Shown here piece after piece: positions 49,000-64,000 of a DNA stretch of 64,000 nucleotides. The notes under the pieces were generated by a model that was not told the DNA's origin, did not search any database, and worked only from the letters and a program-made list of their open reading frames with translations. Origin of the DNA: a bacterium. GTDB taxonomy: Bacteria; UBA8248. Position numbers and translations under genes: made by a program. Numbering within the stretch: the stretch's first letter is position 1; the number at the start of each line of letters is the position of its first letter. The stretch lies in contig CBDCRP010000003.1 in assembly GCA_965221165.1 (NCBI GenBank), positions 2,016,001 through 2,080,000 of the forward strand, read 5' to 3'.

Positions 49000-50349
49000 A
49001 TGAACCTTTGGCTGCGCTGCACGGAAAAAATCAAGGAAGAAGTCTCCCCCCAGACGTTCGCTCGCTGGTTCGCCGGCGTCGAACAACTCGGCTCAAACGA
49101 ATCCTCCCTGGCGATCCAGGCGCCCGATTCGTTCACGGCGGACACCCTCCGCTCGCGGTATTGGGGAATCATCACGGACATACTACAACAAGAGGCCGGG
49201 CCGAACGTCGTGCTCACCCTCTCGGCGAACAACGGTTCGAGCAACAGCGCGGGCCCCGCGCAGACGCCCGTCGCGACGCACAAAGAGGCGGTGATTCAGG
49301 AGATGCCCCAGGCCCCCGCCGAGCGGCCGGAATTCCTGAATCCCAGGTACCATTTCGAGAACTTCGTGGTGGGCAGTTCGAACGAATTCGCCCACGCTTG
49401 CAGCCTTCGCCTGGCGGACGGCATGGGGGCCACGCTCAACCCGCTTTTCATCTACGGCGGGGTGGGCCTCGGGAAAACCCATCTGCTGCACGCCATCGCC
49501 CACCGCATCCTCGACCAGCGTCCGAGAGCGCGCATTGTCTACACCTCGTCCGAGAGCTTCATCAACGATCTCATCTCCTCGATTAGACAAAACCAGATGG
49601 CCGCGTTCAGAAGCAAATACAGAAAAGTGGACAGCCTGATGATAGACGACATCCAGTTCATCGCGGGCAAGGAGCGCACGCAGGAGGAGTTTTTCTTCAC
49701 CTTCAACGCCTTGCACGAGGGAAAAAAACAGATCGTCATCACGAGTGACAAGATGCCTAAGGACACCCCGGGACTGGAAGAGCGCCTCAGGTCGCGCTTC
49801 GTCTCCGGGATGATAGCGGATATCGGCGCGCCCGACTTCGAGACCAAGGTGGCTATCCTGCAAAAAAAGGCGAGCGAACAGAACCTCTTTCTCGACCGCG
49901 ATGTCGCCCACTACATCGCCGAGAGGGTTCGCTCCAACATCCGGGAACTCGAGGGTTGCCTCATCAAACTCAGCATTCACGCCTCTTTACACAACATCGA
50001 TGTAGACCTCCCCGTCGCGCAAGAAGTGTTGCAAGGCATCATCCGCGACCCGGGGCGCAACTCCTCGGTGGACAACATCCAGAAGATCGTCGCCGAACAT
50101 TTCCAGGTCCGCGTGACCGACCTCAAATCGAAAAACCGCTCGCGCTGTTTCGCCCTTCCCCGCCAGATCGCCATGTTCCTCGCGAGGAAACTCACCCGTG
50201 CCTCGACCACGGAAATCGGCCGTCGCTTCGGCGGCAAGGATCACTCCACGGTGATTCACTCCACCAACAAAATCGAAGGCCTGCTCAAGACGGATCAGTC
50301 CCTCTCCGCCACGATTCATACAATCCAGCAAAAAATAGACATCTCCTAA
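49000..50349 (+). CDS. dnaA: chromosomal replication initiator DnaA
   Basis: NPLFIYGGVGLGKTHL, IDDIQF, TQEEFF, RLRSRF, FGGKDHSTV; start at 48970 or 49000. Confidence 0.97.
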   Translation: MNLWLRCTEKIKEEVSPQTFARWFAGVEQLGSNESSLAIQAPDSFTADTLRSRYWGIITDILQQEAGPNVVLTLSANNGSSNSAGPAQTPVATHKEAVIQEMPQAPAERPEFLNPRYHFENFVVGSSNEFAHACSLRLADGMGATLNPLFIYGGVGLGKTHLLHAIAHRILDQRPRARIVYTSSESFINDLISSIRQNQMAAFRSKYRKVDSLMIDDIQFIAGKERTQEEFFFTFNALHEGKKQIVITSDKMPKDTPGLEERLRSRFVSGMIADIGAPDFETKVAILQKKASEQNLFLDRDVAHYIAERVRSNIRELEGCLIKLSIHASLHNIDVDLPVAQEVLQGIIRDPGRNSSVDNIQKIVAEHFQVRVTDLKSKNRSRCFALPRQIAMFLARKLTRASTTEIGRRFGGKDHSTVIHSTNKIEGLLKTDQSLSATIHTIQQKIDIS

Positions 50350-50580
50350 AAAAGTGGAAAGAGTTGTGGAAAATCCTGTTGATTTCTCTGTTTCCGGCGA
50401 TTCTCATGAAAAAACAACCATTCATTCGCCTTTGCCCACACGAAAATCCACACCCTTTCCGTGGAGCAAGAGATTTCTTTTCAACGCTTTAAGCTGTTTT
50501 TCACAATTTCAACGCCTCTACTACTACTACCTTTTAGATGTTATATTAGGTCTTAGAAGAACCAGTGCCTGAGAATAACT
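50350..50580. other. putative oriC unwinding region (DnaA boxes + DnaA-trios)
   Basis: TGTGGAAAA at 50365, degenerate boxes, tandem TTTTTCACA-ATTTCAACG at 50497-50514, CTACTACTACTAC at 50518-50530, AT-rich tail; gene orientation flips around dnaA. Confidence 0.8.
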
Positions 50581-50581
50581 C

Positions 50582-54203
<3,622 letters not shown>

Positions 54204-54238
54204 CTTGGGCGCAAAGGATCGCGCCGCCCGGAATTTCC

Positions 54239-54673
54239 CTAGAAGCGCGCTTCCTCGTGGCAGCGCACGCACACGCCGTGCAGTCCCAAAAGCCCCTTGG
54301 CGGTCGCGTCTATTTTTTGCGTCTTCGCCGCCTTGGCGAGACTTGTGGCGGCGCCTTCGAGTTGGCGCGAGAAGACGAGCATCGAATTATCCCCCCGGAA
54401 TTCCTCCGCGCGCGGCAGCATTTTCGCCGTCGCGGCGATGGACTTTGCGTGTTTTTCGATGATCCCGTACGGCGTCTCGTTCACCAGTTCCTGGACCGAG
54501 GCGATCAGGGCGGCCTGCACCAGCGCGACGAAGTCCGCATCCATCTTCTCCATCAAATCCCCCGCCTCGGGCGCCTGGGCGTCGCCTTTCATCGGGGAGA
54601 CGAGAAGCGCCGGAAGAATGGCGACGAGCGCGACGAGACGAACGAAGCGGCCGGACACAAGAGGGAATCGCAT
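54239..54673 (-). CDS. class II (cytochrome c'-like) periplasmic cytochrome c
   Basis: Signal peptide, helical body, C-terminal CVRCH heme motif. Confidence 0.7.
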   Translation of the reverse strand: MRFPLVSGRFVRLVALVAILPALLVSPMKGDAQAPEAGDLMEKMDADFVALVQAALIASVQELVNETPYGIIEKHAKSIAATAKMLPRAEEFRGDNSMLVFSRQLEGAATSLAKAAKTQKIDATAKGLLGLHGVCVRCHEEARF

Positions 54674-54982
54674 GGGGGACCTCGCTCGAAAGGAGATGAG
54701 GGCTTGAATTTCACACCGGTTTCGGACGCGCTTATTGTCCACGAAGGAAGCGCCCGGGGCAATCGGGCGAACGGAGGAAAACTCAAGCCCCCAACCCATT
54801 GAAACAAGGGCGCTTACAGTCTCTGAAAATCGCAGCGTTCGCGCGATTCCATTTTGCCATTACAACCTTTTTCATGGTATAAATGGAGGAGTTTATTTTT
54901 CCCGCCTGAGTCGCCCCTGTCCGGCATTTTGAGCGTCGTTGCGGCTTTTGTTTCATGCCGTCGCCAGGAGAGTTTCGAGAGC

Positions 54983-57412
<2,430 letters not shown>

Positions 57413-57427
57413 ACGAATGGGTGGGTA

Positions 57428-59002
57428 ATGCAAGCCAAAAATAAAGCGGCGGCGTGTCCGCCTCTCCTCTGTGTGTCGGCGCGTTTCCTCGCGCTGGCCT
57501 TCCTGGGTTTCGGATGCGTCCCCATAGGACTGACCGCCCGGGAACCGATATCGCCCGAGCGAAAAACGGTTCGGGCCGCCGCTCTCCCCTCCGGGACGCT
57601 CAAGCGAACGCCTCCACCGCAGCGCAAGCCGCCTTCTCCCGTGCGGCCTGCGCCCTCGCCGGAGTCTGCGCCTTCAGTGGAATTCGAGCCTCCCCCGTCG
57701 AGCCGCGCCGAGACTTTGAGCGCAACAGGAGAATCTGCTTATCGGCAGGAAGATTATAAATTCGCCGAGAAGAGTTTTCGTGAGGCGCTCATTCATGAGC
57801 CGGAGCTTCTCCATGCCCTCACTGGCCTTGGCTGGACCCTGTATGACGCGAATCGTCCTGATGAGGCCTTTTTCTTTTTCCGGCGGGCGAACGCACGCTA
57901 CCCCGAAAGCGGGAGCGCACGCCGCGGGTTCGCCTATTTGCTGTATCGATACGGGCGGCTGAAGGAGGCGGAGGCGCTCCTCGGAACGCTCGATAAGACG
58001 AGATGGCCCGAACTCACCAACATCGAGCATGAACTCAAGGCGCGGGCCATCAAGGGCCTGCCCGCTCCTCGGGTTCCCGGCGAAAAGAGCGAAGACAAGA
58101 GCGAGGGGCCGTCGCCCGGACCCGCCTCCCCTCTGCCGGAGCCAGGACCAGAACCAGAGCCACAACGGGAACAAGAACGAAAATCCGAAACCGCGAGGCT
58201 CACGCTCCCAAAGCTTGCGCCTTACGAGGCAAAACCACCTGCCCCGTCGGTCAAGGATGCCGCACCGCCGCCTCCCGTCCGAAAGCCCTCTCTCGAAGGG
58301 ATGGTGAAAATTCCCGGCGGGCGTTTCATGATGGGAGCCAGGTTCACCTACCCGAAAAGGTCGCGTCGCAGATGGCGCCGTAGAAGAAGGCCTCCAAGGG
58401 CGTCGGGTGGACGGCCGGTCGAGGTCGGGCCTTTTCGTCTGGACAAGCTGGAGGTGACGAATTCTCTTTACGCGGATTTCGTACGGGTGACGAATGGGCC
58501 CGAGCCTCCTTTTTGGCGCAAGGTCCACTTCACCGGCCCGCATCTGCCCGTGGTCGGGGTGACGTGGGAGGAGGCGCGCGCTTATTGCGCATGGGCCGGA
58601 AAGAGGCTGCCCACGGAGGCCGAATGGGAATACGCCGCCCAGGGCGCGGGGAAGGCGAGGCGTTATCCGTGGGGGAATACGCAGCGCGACAGGAACGCCG
58701 TTTTTGGCTTGAGTCCCGACGCCGGAGGCCCCAAGGCCGTGGGAAGACGCCCGGAGGGCGCCAGCATTCACGGGGTGGAGGATTTGGCCGGAAACGTCTG
58801 GGAATGGGTGGAGGATGTGTTCAGGGCAGATCCCGAAGACGCGCAGCCGATCGCCCGAAACGGCCGGGCGCTCCGAACGCTCAAGGGCGGCTCCTGGGTG
58901 AACGGTTGGTGGGCGCTGGCCTCATCACGAAGAACGGGCGACCTCCCCGAACGCCGATTGCCCGCATACGGGTTTCGCTGCGCTGCGGATGCGGCGAAAT
59001 GA
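57428..59002 (+). CDS. TPR + FGE-sulfatase (SUMF1) domain putative lipoprotein
   Basis: LGFGC lipobox-like motif, TPR helices, Pro-rich linkers, PVVGVTW, KRLPTEAEWEYAA, GNVWEW, GFRC. Confidence 0.85.
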   Translation: MQAKNKAAACPPLLCVSARFLALAFLGFGCVPIGLTAREPISPERKTVRAAALPSGTLKRTPPPQRKPPSPVRPAPSPESAPSVEFEPPPSSRAETLSATGESAYRQEDYKFAEKSFREALIHEPELLHALTGLGWTLYDANRPDEAFFFFRRANARYPESGSARRGFAYLLYRYGRLKEAEALLGTLDKTRWPELTNIEHELKARAIKGLPAPRVPGEKSEDKSEGPSPGPASPLPEPGPEPEPQREQERKSETARLTLPKLAPYEAKPPAPSVKDAAPPPPVRKPSLEGMVKIPGGRFMMGARFTYPKRSRRRWRRRRRPPRASGGRPVEVGPFRLDKLEVTNSLYADFVRVTNGPEPPFWRKVHFTGPHLPVVGVTWEEARAYCAWAGKRLPTEAEWEYAAQGAGKARRYPWGNTQRDRNAVFGLSPDAGGPKAVGRRPEGASIHGVEDLAGNVWEWVEDVFRADPEDAQPIARNGRALRTLKGGSWVNGWWALASSRRTGDLPERRLPAYGFRCAADAAK

Positions 59003-59065
59003 GGTATAATGCGCGGACATCTTGCGAACACATACAGAACTCGACTCCCTGAAAAAGGAGAGAAC

Positions 59066-59611
59066 ATGTTTTTGATAAGAAAATTATTTCTACGATTGCT
59101 GCTCGCAACGCTTGGGGTCGTCCTTTTGGCGGCGAGCGCCGAGGCGCAGAGCTTGACGCCGCCGCCGCTGACCCCGCCCGAAACGCAGCCCGCTCTGCCC
59201 GGAACCGTTCCGGGCCAGCCGCCTTCGGCGGCCCCGGCTCTGGCGCCGCCCGCGCCCGCGATGCCGCTGCAAGCTCCCCTGACGCCGGCGGAGCCGCAGC
59301 GCCCCCTGGACCTCATCGTCACCATCACGCTGGCGACGGGAAAAGCCGAAACCTTCGCCCGCGAGATCGATCGGCTGGAGATCATCACCCGCTCCGGCGG
59401 GGACGTCGCGATGATCCATCTGCTTCTGGTCACCGGCGGGGAGCGGAACACGCACGTCTGGTACAACTATGCCCGGGTCGCCAAGCTGAGCTATCGCTTC
59501 GTCTCTCCCGAGGGGAAGGCGAAAGTATATGTGCGCCCGATGCTGGCATCGCCCACGACGAGGGAGCTCACGGACAGGCTGGAGCCGCTCAGCCCCCGCG
59601 AGTTCCGGTAA
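59066..59611 (+). CDS. hypothetical exported Pro-rich protein
   Basis: AAGGAG RBS, signal peptide ending AEA. Confidence 0.65.
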   Translation: MFLIRKLFLRLLLATLGVVLLAASAEAQSLTPPPLTPPETQPALPGTVPGQPPSAAPALAPPAPAMPLQAPLTPAEPQRPLDLIVTITLATGKAETFAREIDRLEIITRSGGDVAMIHLLLVTGGERNTHVWYNYARVAKLSYRFVSPEGKAKVYVRPMLASPTTRELTDRLEPLSPREFR

Positions 59612-59623
59612 GGCGCTCGGCCG

Positions 59624-60523
59624 ATGGGCGATAAGGGCTACGCGAATCCAGGTATCGCCCTTACGCCGGCGCAACTCGCAAAGCGCATCGGCGAGCGCAA
59701 GGGAGATGACCTCGTCATCATCGACACCCGCCAGGCGCCGGAGTTTTGCGCGGGCCACATCGAGGGCGCCGCGCACCTTGATTTGTACGGAATCTCGCTC
59801 AACGACACCCGGCCCCAGGCCTTGGCCGCCTTCACCTGGATGCTCGCCTATCTCATGGAGATACGGGGCGTCGATTACGACACGACGGTGGTCTTCTACC
59901 AGGAGAACTCAGGGTTTCGCGCAGCGCGCGGGTTCTGGTTCCTGGAATATCTGGGCCACGAGGACGCGCACGTTTTGGACGGCGGGGTCGACGCTTGGAA
60001 GGCCGGGGGCCTGCCCGTCACGCGCGAGGCCTGGCCGATGGCGGGCGGACCATACGAAGCGGGGGTCGAGGGCCACAGGCGCATCTTGAGAACCTCGTTC
60101 GCGAGCCGGCTGAAGTCGTATGAGGAAGGCCGCATCGCCACGGCGGACTACATCTTGAACCATCTGGGCGATCCGGGCGTCGAGATTCACGACACGCGCT
60201 CCGAGGGCGAATATTTCGCCGAGAACGTTCGGGCCGCGCGCGGCGGCGCCGTTCCGGGTTCGGTCCACCTGGAATGGACGGAGGCCATCGCGGAGGACGG
60301 CTCGCTCAGGCCCGCCTCCGAACTGGTGGAACTGCTCGAACCGAGGGGACTGACGCCCGACAAGGAAATGGTGCCGCTCTGCCAGGGCGGCTACCGCTCG
60401 GCGCACGCCTATCTCGTCTACCGGCTGCTCGGCTATCCGAGGATCAGGAACTATCTCGGCTCCTGGAAAGAGTGGGGCGACAGGGAAGATCTGCCCATCG
60501 AAGTCCCCAAGCGAAGCGCGTAG
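59624..60523 (+). CDS. tandem-rhodanese sulfurtransferase
   Basis: GHIEGA, VLDGG, CQGGYRS active loop, YLGSWKEWG. Confidence 0.92.
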   Translation: MGDKGYANPGIALTPAQLAKRIGERKGDDLVIIDTRQAPEFCAGHIEGAAHLDLYGISLNDTRPQALAAFTWMLAYLMEIRGVDYDTTVVFYQENSGFRAARGFWFLEYLGHEDAHVLDGGVDAWKAGGLPVTREAWPMAGGPYEAGVEGHRRILRTSFASRLKSYEEGRIATADYILNHLGDPGVEIHDTRSEGEYFAENVRAARGGAVPGSVHLEWTEAIAEDGSLRPASELVELLEPRGLTPDKEMVPLCQGGYRSAHAYLVYRLLGYPRIRNYLGSWKEWGDREDLPIEVPKRSA

Positions 60524-60600
60524 AACCAGGCGAGAGCGATTCACGCGCGCCTGGGGCCGGTTTCCCCACCCCCGGATTGCGCTTTTAGACGGTGCGCGGC

Positions 60601-61119
60601 TCAGCCGCCTCTCAGCACCCGCACGACAATCTGCGAGAGCATTCCCGCCACGGGCGGAATCCAGAAGATGGAAATGACGCGGAACATGAAAAATTCCGTT
60701 CCGAGGACGGGAATTTCAAACACGAAAGTGCGCACCGGACCGATGAGGGCCGATGCGGTGAGCAAGGTGATCATCGGCCCGAAGCCCGCGCCCCCCTTCA
60801 GCAGCCCGGCCACTATCGGGTACAGGACGAAGGGCGCGCCCATGGGAAACATGAACCCCGCCACCCAGCCGATGAGAATGCCGCGCCAGCCCGAGCGATC
60901 GGAGAGCCAGTTTTGCAGGATTTCCTTCGGCAGTACTTCGGCCATGAGCGCGCCGATGAACATGCCGATCATGAGTTTGGGAAAAATATCCAGGATGAGG
61001 CTTCCCGCGCGGCCCACGGAACCCCAGGGGAGTTCTCCGGTTTTCTGATAGGCCAAAAACGCCAGGACCACCGCTATGGTCGAAAGAAAAAGAGAGGTCT
61101 TGTCGAAAATGCCGGACAT
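60601..61119 (-). CDS. permease-like membrane protein (DUF318-like half unit)
   Basis: Multiple TM helices, GWRGILIG, PMGAPFVLYPIVAGLLKGGAG. Confidence 0.65.
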   Translation of the reverse strand: MSGIFDKTSLFLSTIAVVLAFLAYQKTGELPWGSVGRAGSLILDIFPKLMIGMFIGALMAEVLPKEILQNWLSDRSGWRGILIGWVAGFMFPMGAPFVLYPIVAGLLKGGAGFGPMITLLTASALIGPVRTFVFEIPVLGTEFFMFRVISIFWIPPVAGMLSQIVVRVLRGG

Positions 61120-61290
61120 GTTTTTTCCTCATAAGAAAGAGAGCCGCAAAACGACATGAGGTGGAGCTGCTCAGCAGGAACCGCGAGTATAGCCCCAATC
61201 GGGTGAATGGATGTAGCGCACTCGGCCCATGAGGACTTAAGTTAGGTGGAGAGAAGAGGGGTCGTTGCGCCGCGTTCGATGGGAGAGAAA

Positions 61291-62562
61291 ATGGCGGGAG
61301 CGTATTTCACCGATTCCGTACTTGGCACGGGCGGGCGTCTGCGGGCCAAGCCTGAGGATTTCTGTGTGGAGGAAATTCCGCTCGCGCGCCCGAGCGGCGA
61401 CGGGGAATATCTGCACCTATGGGTGGAGAAGCGGGGAATCTCGACCATCGAGGCGCTGCGCGCCTTGTGCCGCGCGCTGAACGTGGCCGAGGAGGATGGG
61501 GGGTATGCGGGCTTAAAAGACGCAAGCGCGGTGACGAGGCAGTGGTTTTCCTTCCGGACGAGAGCGCAAAAAACTCCGGACGACGTTTCGAGGCTGGAGG
61601 AGAAAAGGGGCATCCGGGTTCTGGAGGCGGCGCGGTCTCGGACCAGGATCAGGCGGGGCGCGCTTTCGGGCAATCGCTTCGATATATTGGTCCGGGACGT
61701 CGGCCCCGACGCGGAGAAAAGAGCGCGCGAGGTTTTGGACCGCCTCGGCGCGCGGGGGTTGCCCAATGCGTTCGGCGATCAGAGGTTCGGCGTTCATGGC
61801 CATACGGCGCGAGTCGGCTTTGCGCTCGCCAAGGGAGACTGGCGGGGCGTTCTGGATGCGCTCGTGGGCGCCGCGAGATTCACATTTAAGCGAAACGATG
61901 CGGATGAGCGCCTCTTGGAAGCCGCCCGAAGGTATGAGGCGGGGGAATTCAAGCGGGCGAGGGAGTTGTATCCGATCTCCTGGAAAGCGGAGAGGCGCGT
62001 GCTCTCCCGTCTGGAGAAAGGCGCCTCGGTCCGGCGGGCGGCGACTTCGGTTCCCGCCAGAGAGCGGGCTTTGTATGGCGGCGCGTTTCAGGCGGCCGTT
62101 TTCAACCTGTGCCTGAGAGCGAGGCTCGAGGCGCGCGCCCATGACCGCGTTTGGCCGGGCGACGTGCTTTTTCACCATCAAACGGGCAAGACCAGAAGGG
62201 TGGGCGCGCCCGGGAAAGAAGAGCGCGCGCTGGCGTGCTTCGAGGCGAGCCCGGCGGGACCTTTGATTGGCCGGAAACTCATTGAAGCCCGAGGGGAGGC
62301 GGGAAAACTCGAGCAGAGCGTGCTAGAATCCCTCGGCGCCGAGGGCCCGGGAATTCTCGATGGGCTGGAGGGGCTGAAACTTTATGGCTCCAGGCGTCCA
62401 TATCGTGTACAAATAAAAGGGGTGAGCTTGAGGCCGGAAAACACGAGCCTGCGCCTCGGGTTCACCCTGCCGCCGGGGGCGTATGCGAGTGAGGTGTTGC
62501 GGGAATTGACGAAAAACGAACCTCCGGTGGGCGGCGTCGCGCGCATCGGGGGCGAGCGCTAA
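61291..62562 (+). CDS. truD: tRNA pseudouridine(13) synthase TruD
   Basis: PEDFCVEE, YAGLKD, TRQW, GNRF, PNAFGDQRFG, FTLPPGAYA. Confidence 0.92.
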   Translation: MAGAYFTDSVLGTGGRLRAKPEDFCVEEIPLARPSGDGEYLHLWVEKRGISTIEALRALCRALNVAEEDGGYAGLKDASAVTRQWFSFRTRAQKTPDDVSRLEEKRGIRVLEAARSRTRIRRGALSGNRFDILVRDVGPDAEKRAREVLDRLGARGLPNAFGDQRFGVHGHTARVGFALAKGDWRGVLDALVGAARFTFKRNDADERLLEAARRYEAGEFKRARELYPISWKAERRVLSRLEKGASVRRAATSVPARERALYGGAFQAAVFNLCLRARLEARAHDRVWPGDVLFHHQTGKTRRVGAPGKEERALACFEASPAGPLIGRKLIEARGEAGKLEQSVLESLGAEGPGILDGLEGLKLYGSRRPYRVQIKGVSLRPENTSLRLGFTLPPGAYASEVLRELTKNEPPVGGVARIGGER

Positions 62563-62596
62563 ACAGATTCATCCCGCTTCGCGGGGGAGGTGGAAC

Positions 62597-63505
62597 ATGA
62601 AAGTTTTTCTGACGGGCGGAACAGGATATGTCGGCGGCACCCTTCTTTCCCTTCTATCGTTGGCGGGCCACGAGATAAGGACGCTCTCGCGCGACCCCGA
62701 ACCCGCGAGGCAGCGGCTCACCGCGATGAGCGGCGTCTATCCCGTGCGGGGCGACGTCACGACGTATTCGGTCGACCAGCTCGCCGAACTGATGAAGAAA
62801 CAAGACGCCGTCGTCCATCTGGTGGGCATCATCATCGAGAAGGGAACGTCCGGCTTCGAGGCGGTTCATACCGAGGGTACGCGCCGCATGGTCGCCGCCG
62901 CCGAGCAGGCGGGGGTGAAGCGCTTCGTGCACATGAGCGCTCTGGGCACGAGGGAGAACGCCGTCGCCCGGTACCACAAAACGAAATTCGCCGCCGAGCA
63001 GTTCGTTCGCGAGAGCGATTTGGACTGGACGATATTCAGGCCCTCCATCATCTTCGGCGAGAACGATGAGTTCCTGAACACGTTCGCCGGCATTGCGCGC
63101 ATGGCGCCCGCACTTCCCGTCATCGGCTCGGGAAAGGGGAAGCTCCAGCCCATCTGGGTGGAGGACGTGTGCCGCTGTTTCGCGCAATGCCTCGCCATGC
63201 CCGAGACCATCGGACAAACCTACGACATGGGCGGAGACGCCGCATATTCGATTAGAGAGGTTCTCTCCATGCTGGTGAAGGCGATGGGCAAGAAAAGACT
63301 GCTCGTAAGCCTGCCGACGCCCATCGCGCGCTTACAGGCCAAGCTGTTCAATCTGCTTCCGGTGAAGCCGCCCTTCACCGAGGATCAGGTAACGATGCTG
63401 GGCGAGGACAACGTATGCGATCCCTCGCCCATGAAAGAGACCTTCGGCCTTAATCCCAGAACGCTCGAGGATTATCTGAAGGATCGGTTCGGCAGGCAGG
63501 CCTGA
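62597..63505 (+). CDS. NDUFA9-like NAD(P)-dependent epimerase/dehydratase family protein
   Basis: TGGTGYVG, HMSALG, YHKTK, RPSIIFG, QPIWVEDV. Confidence 0.88.
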   Translation: MKVFLTGGTGYVGGTLLSLLSLAGHEIRTLSRDPEPARQRLTAMSGVYPVRGDVTTYSVDQLAELMKKQDAVVHLVGIIIEKGTSGFEAVHTEGTRRMVAAAEQAGVKRFVHMSALGTRENAVARYHKTKFAAEQFVRESDLDWTIFRPSIIFGENDEFLNTFAGIARMAPALPVIGSGKGKLQPIWVEDVCRCFAQCLAMPETIGQTYDMGGDAAYSIREVLSMLVKAMGKKRLLVSLPTPIARLQAKLFNLLPVKPPFTEDQVTMLGEDNVCDPSPMKETFGLNPRTLEDYLKDRFGRQA

Positions 63506-63526
63506 GGGGAAGGCGCGAAGGGGGCC

Positions 63527-64000
63527 TCATTTTCTCTCCGGGCTTTCCTCGGCAGCGTCTAATGCGCCTTTGGCCGCGCGCCATGCGGCCCGCTGGGCGC
63601 TGGAGACGGCCAGGGTTTCGACCTCCCCCTCCGTTGCCCAGAGGAGGCCGTCCTGGTTTGCTTGCAGTGGTTTCCTCTCCGGGTTTTCCGCCAGATACAC
63701 CACGAACAAAATTTTTCTGTGGGTGAGCGTTCTTATGGTTCTGGCGAGTTCGCGTCCCGGACGCCAGCCCCGGCCGAGAAGTTTTGCGCACTGCGCCTGC
63801 AAGCGATGCGGGTCTGATTTCTCGTGGTGGCCATCTTCCGTGAAGCCGGGCAACTCCCACATGCCGCCGAAAAGGCCGGTTTTTTCTCTTTGCATCAAGG
63901 CAACCAATCCGTTTCGCTCCGCCCGGAACTGAAAGATGGTGACCGGAGCGGGCGGTTTTTTCGCGGTTTTCACCGGCAGGGCGTTCTGCGTTCCGGCCTC
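63527..64000 (-). CDS. mutY: A/G-specific adenine glycosylase MutY, C-terminal NUDIX-like part (partial)
   Basis: ALPVK, GLFGGMWELPG, TLTHR; the frame is open to the window edge. Confidence 0.7.
   Translation of the reverse strand, partial: EAGTQNALPVKTAKKPPAPVTIFQFRAERNGLVALMQREKTGLFGGMWELPGFTEDGHHEKSDPHRLQAQCAKLLGRGWRPGRELARTIRTLTHRKILFVVYLAENPERKPLQANQDGLLWATEGEVETLAVSSAQRAAWRAAKGALDAAEESPERK

Overview
Bacterial chromosome segment that spans the replication origin. Core: mnmG/mnmE, parAB with two parS sites, yidC-yidD-rnpA-rpmH | dnaA-oriC-recF-gyrB-gyrA, truD and the 3' end of mutY. dnaN, rsmG and jag/khpB are absent from their usual positions. The left ~19.5 kb looks AT-richer and holds accessory metabolic genes: an FAD oxidoreductase, DUF3604, two DinB-like genes, HAD, SDR, a thiol dioxygenase, an acyl-CoA dehydrogenase, two enoyl-CoA hydratases and an orphan xanthine-oxidase-family Mo subunit. 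Three genes split in the ORF track are selenoproteins, each with an in-frame TGA at a catalytic Cys position followed by a SECIS-like hairpin: a UGSC-motif protein, an Ogt/MGMT alkyltransferase (PUHRV) and an exported thioredoxin (WUGTC). The best candidate for an undescribed system is the GrdB-like UGSC selenoprotein plus four tandem paralogous ~340-aa partner proteins, flanking the Mo enzyme and CoA-dependent genes. Also notable: a soluble FliG_C + 2x MotA-like fusion, one signal-peptide cassette shared by two unrelated neighbouring genes, an attenuator-like leader before proX, and dense GTAG/CGTC REP clusters. All family calls come from motif recognition by eye; no database search was run.
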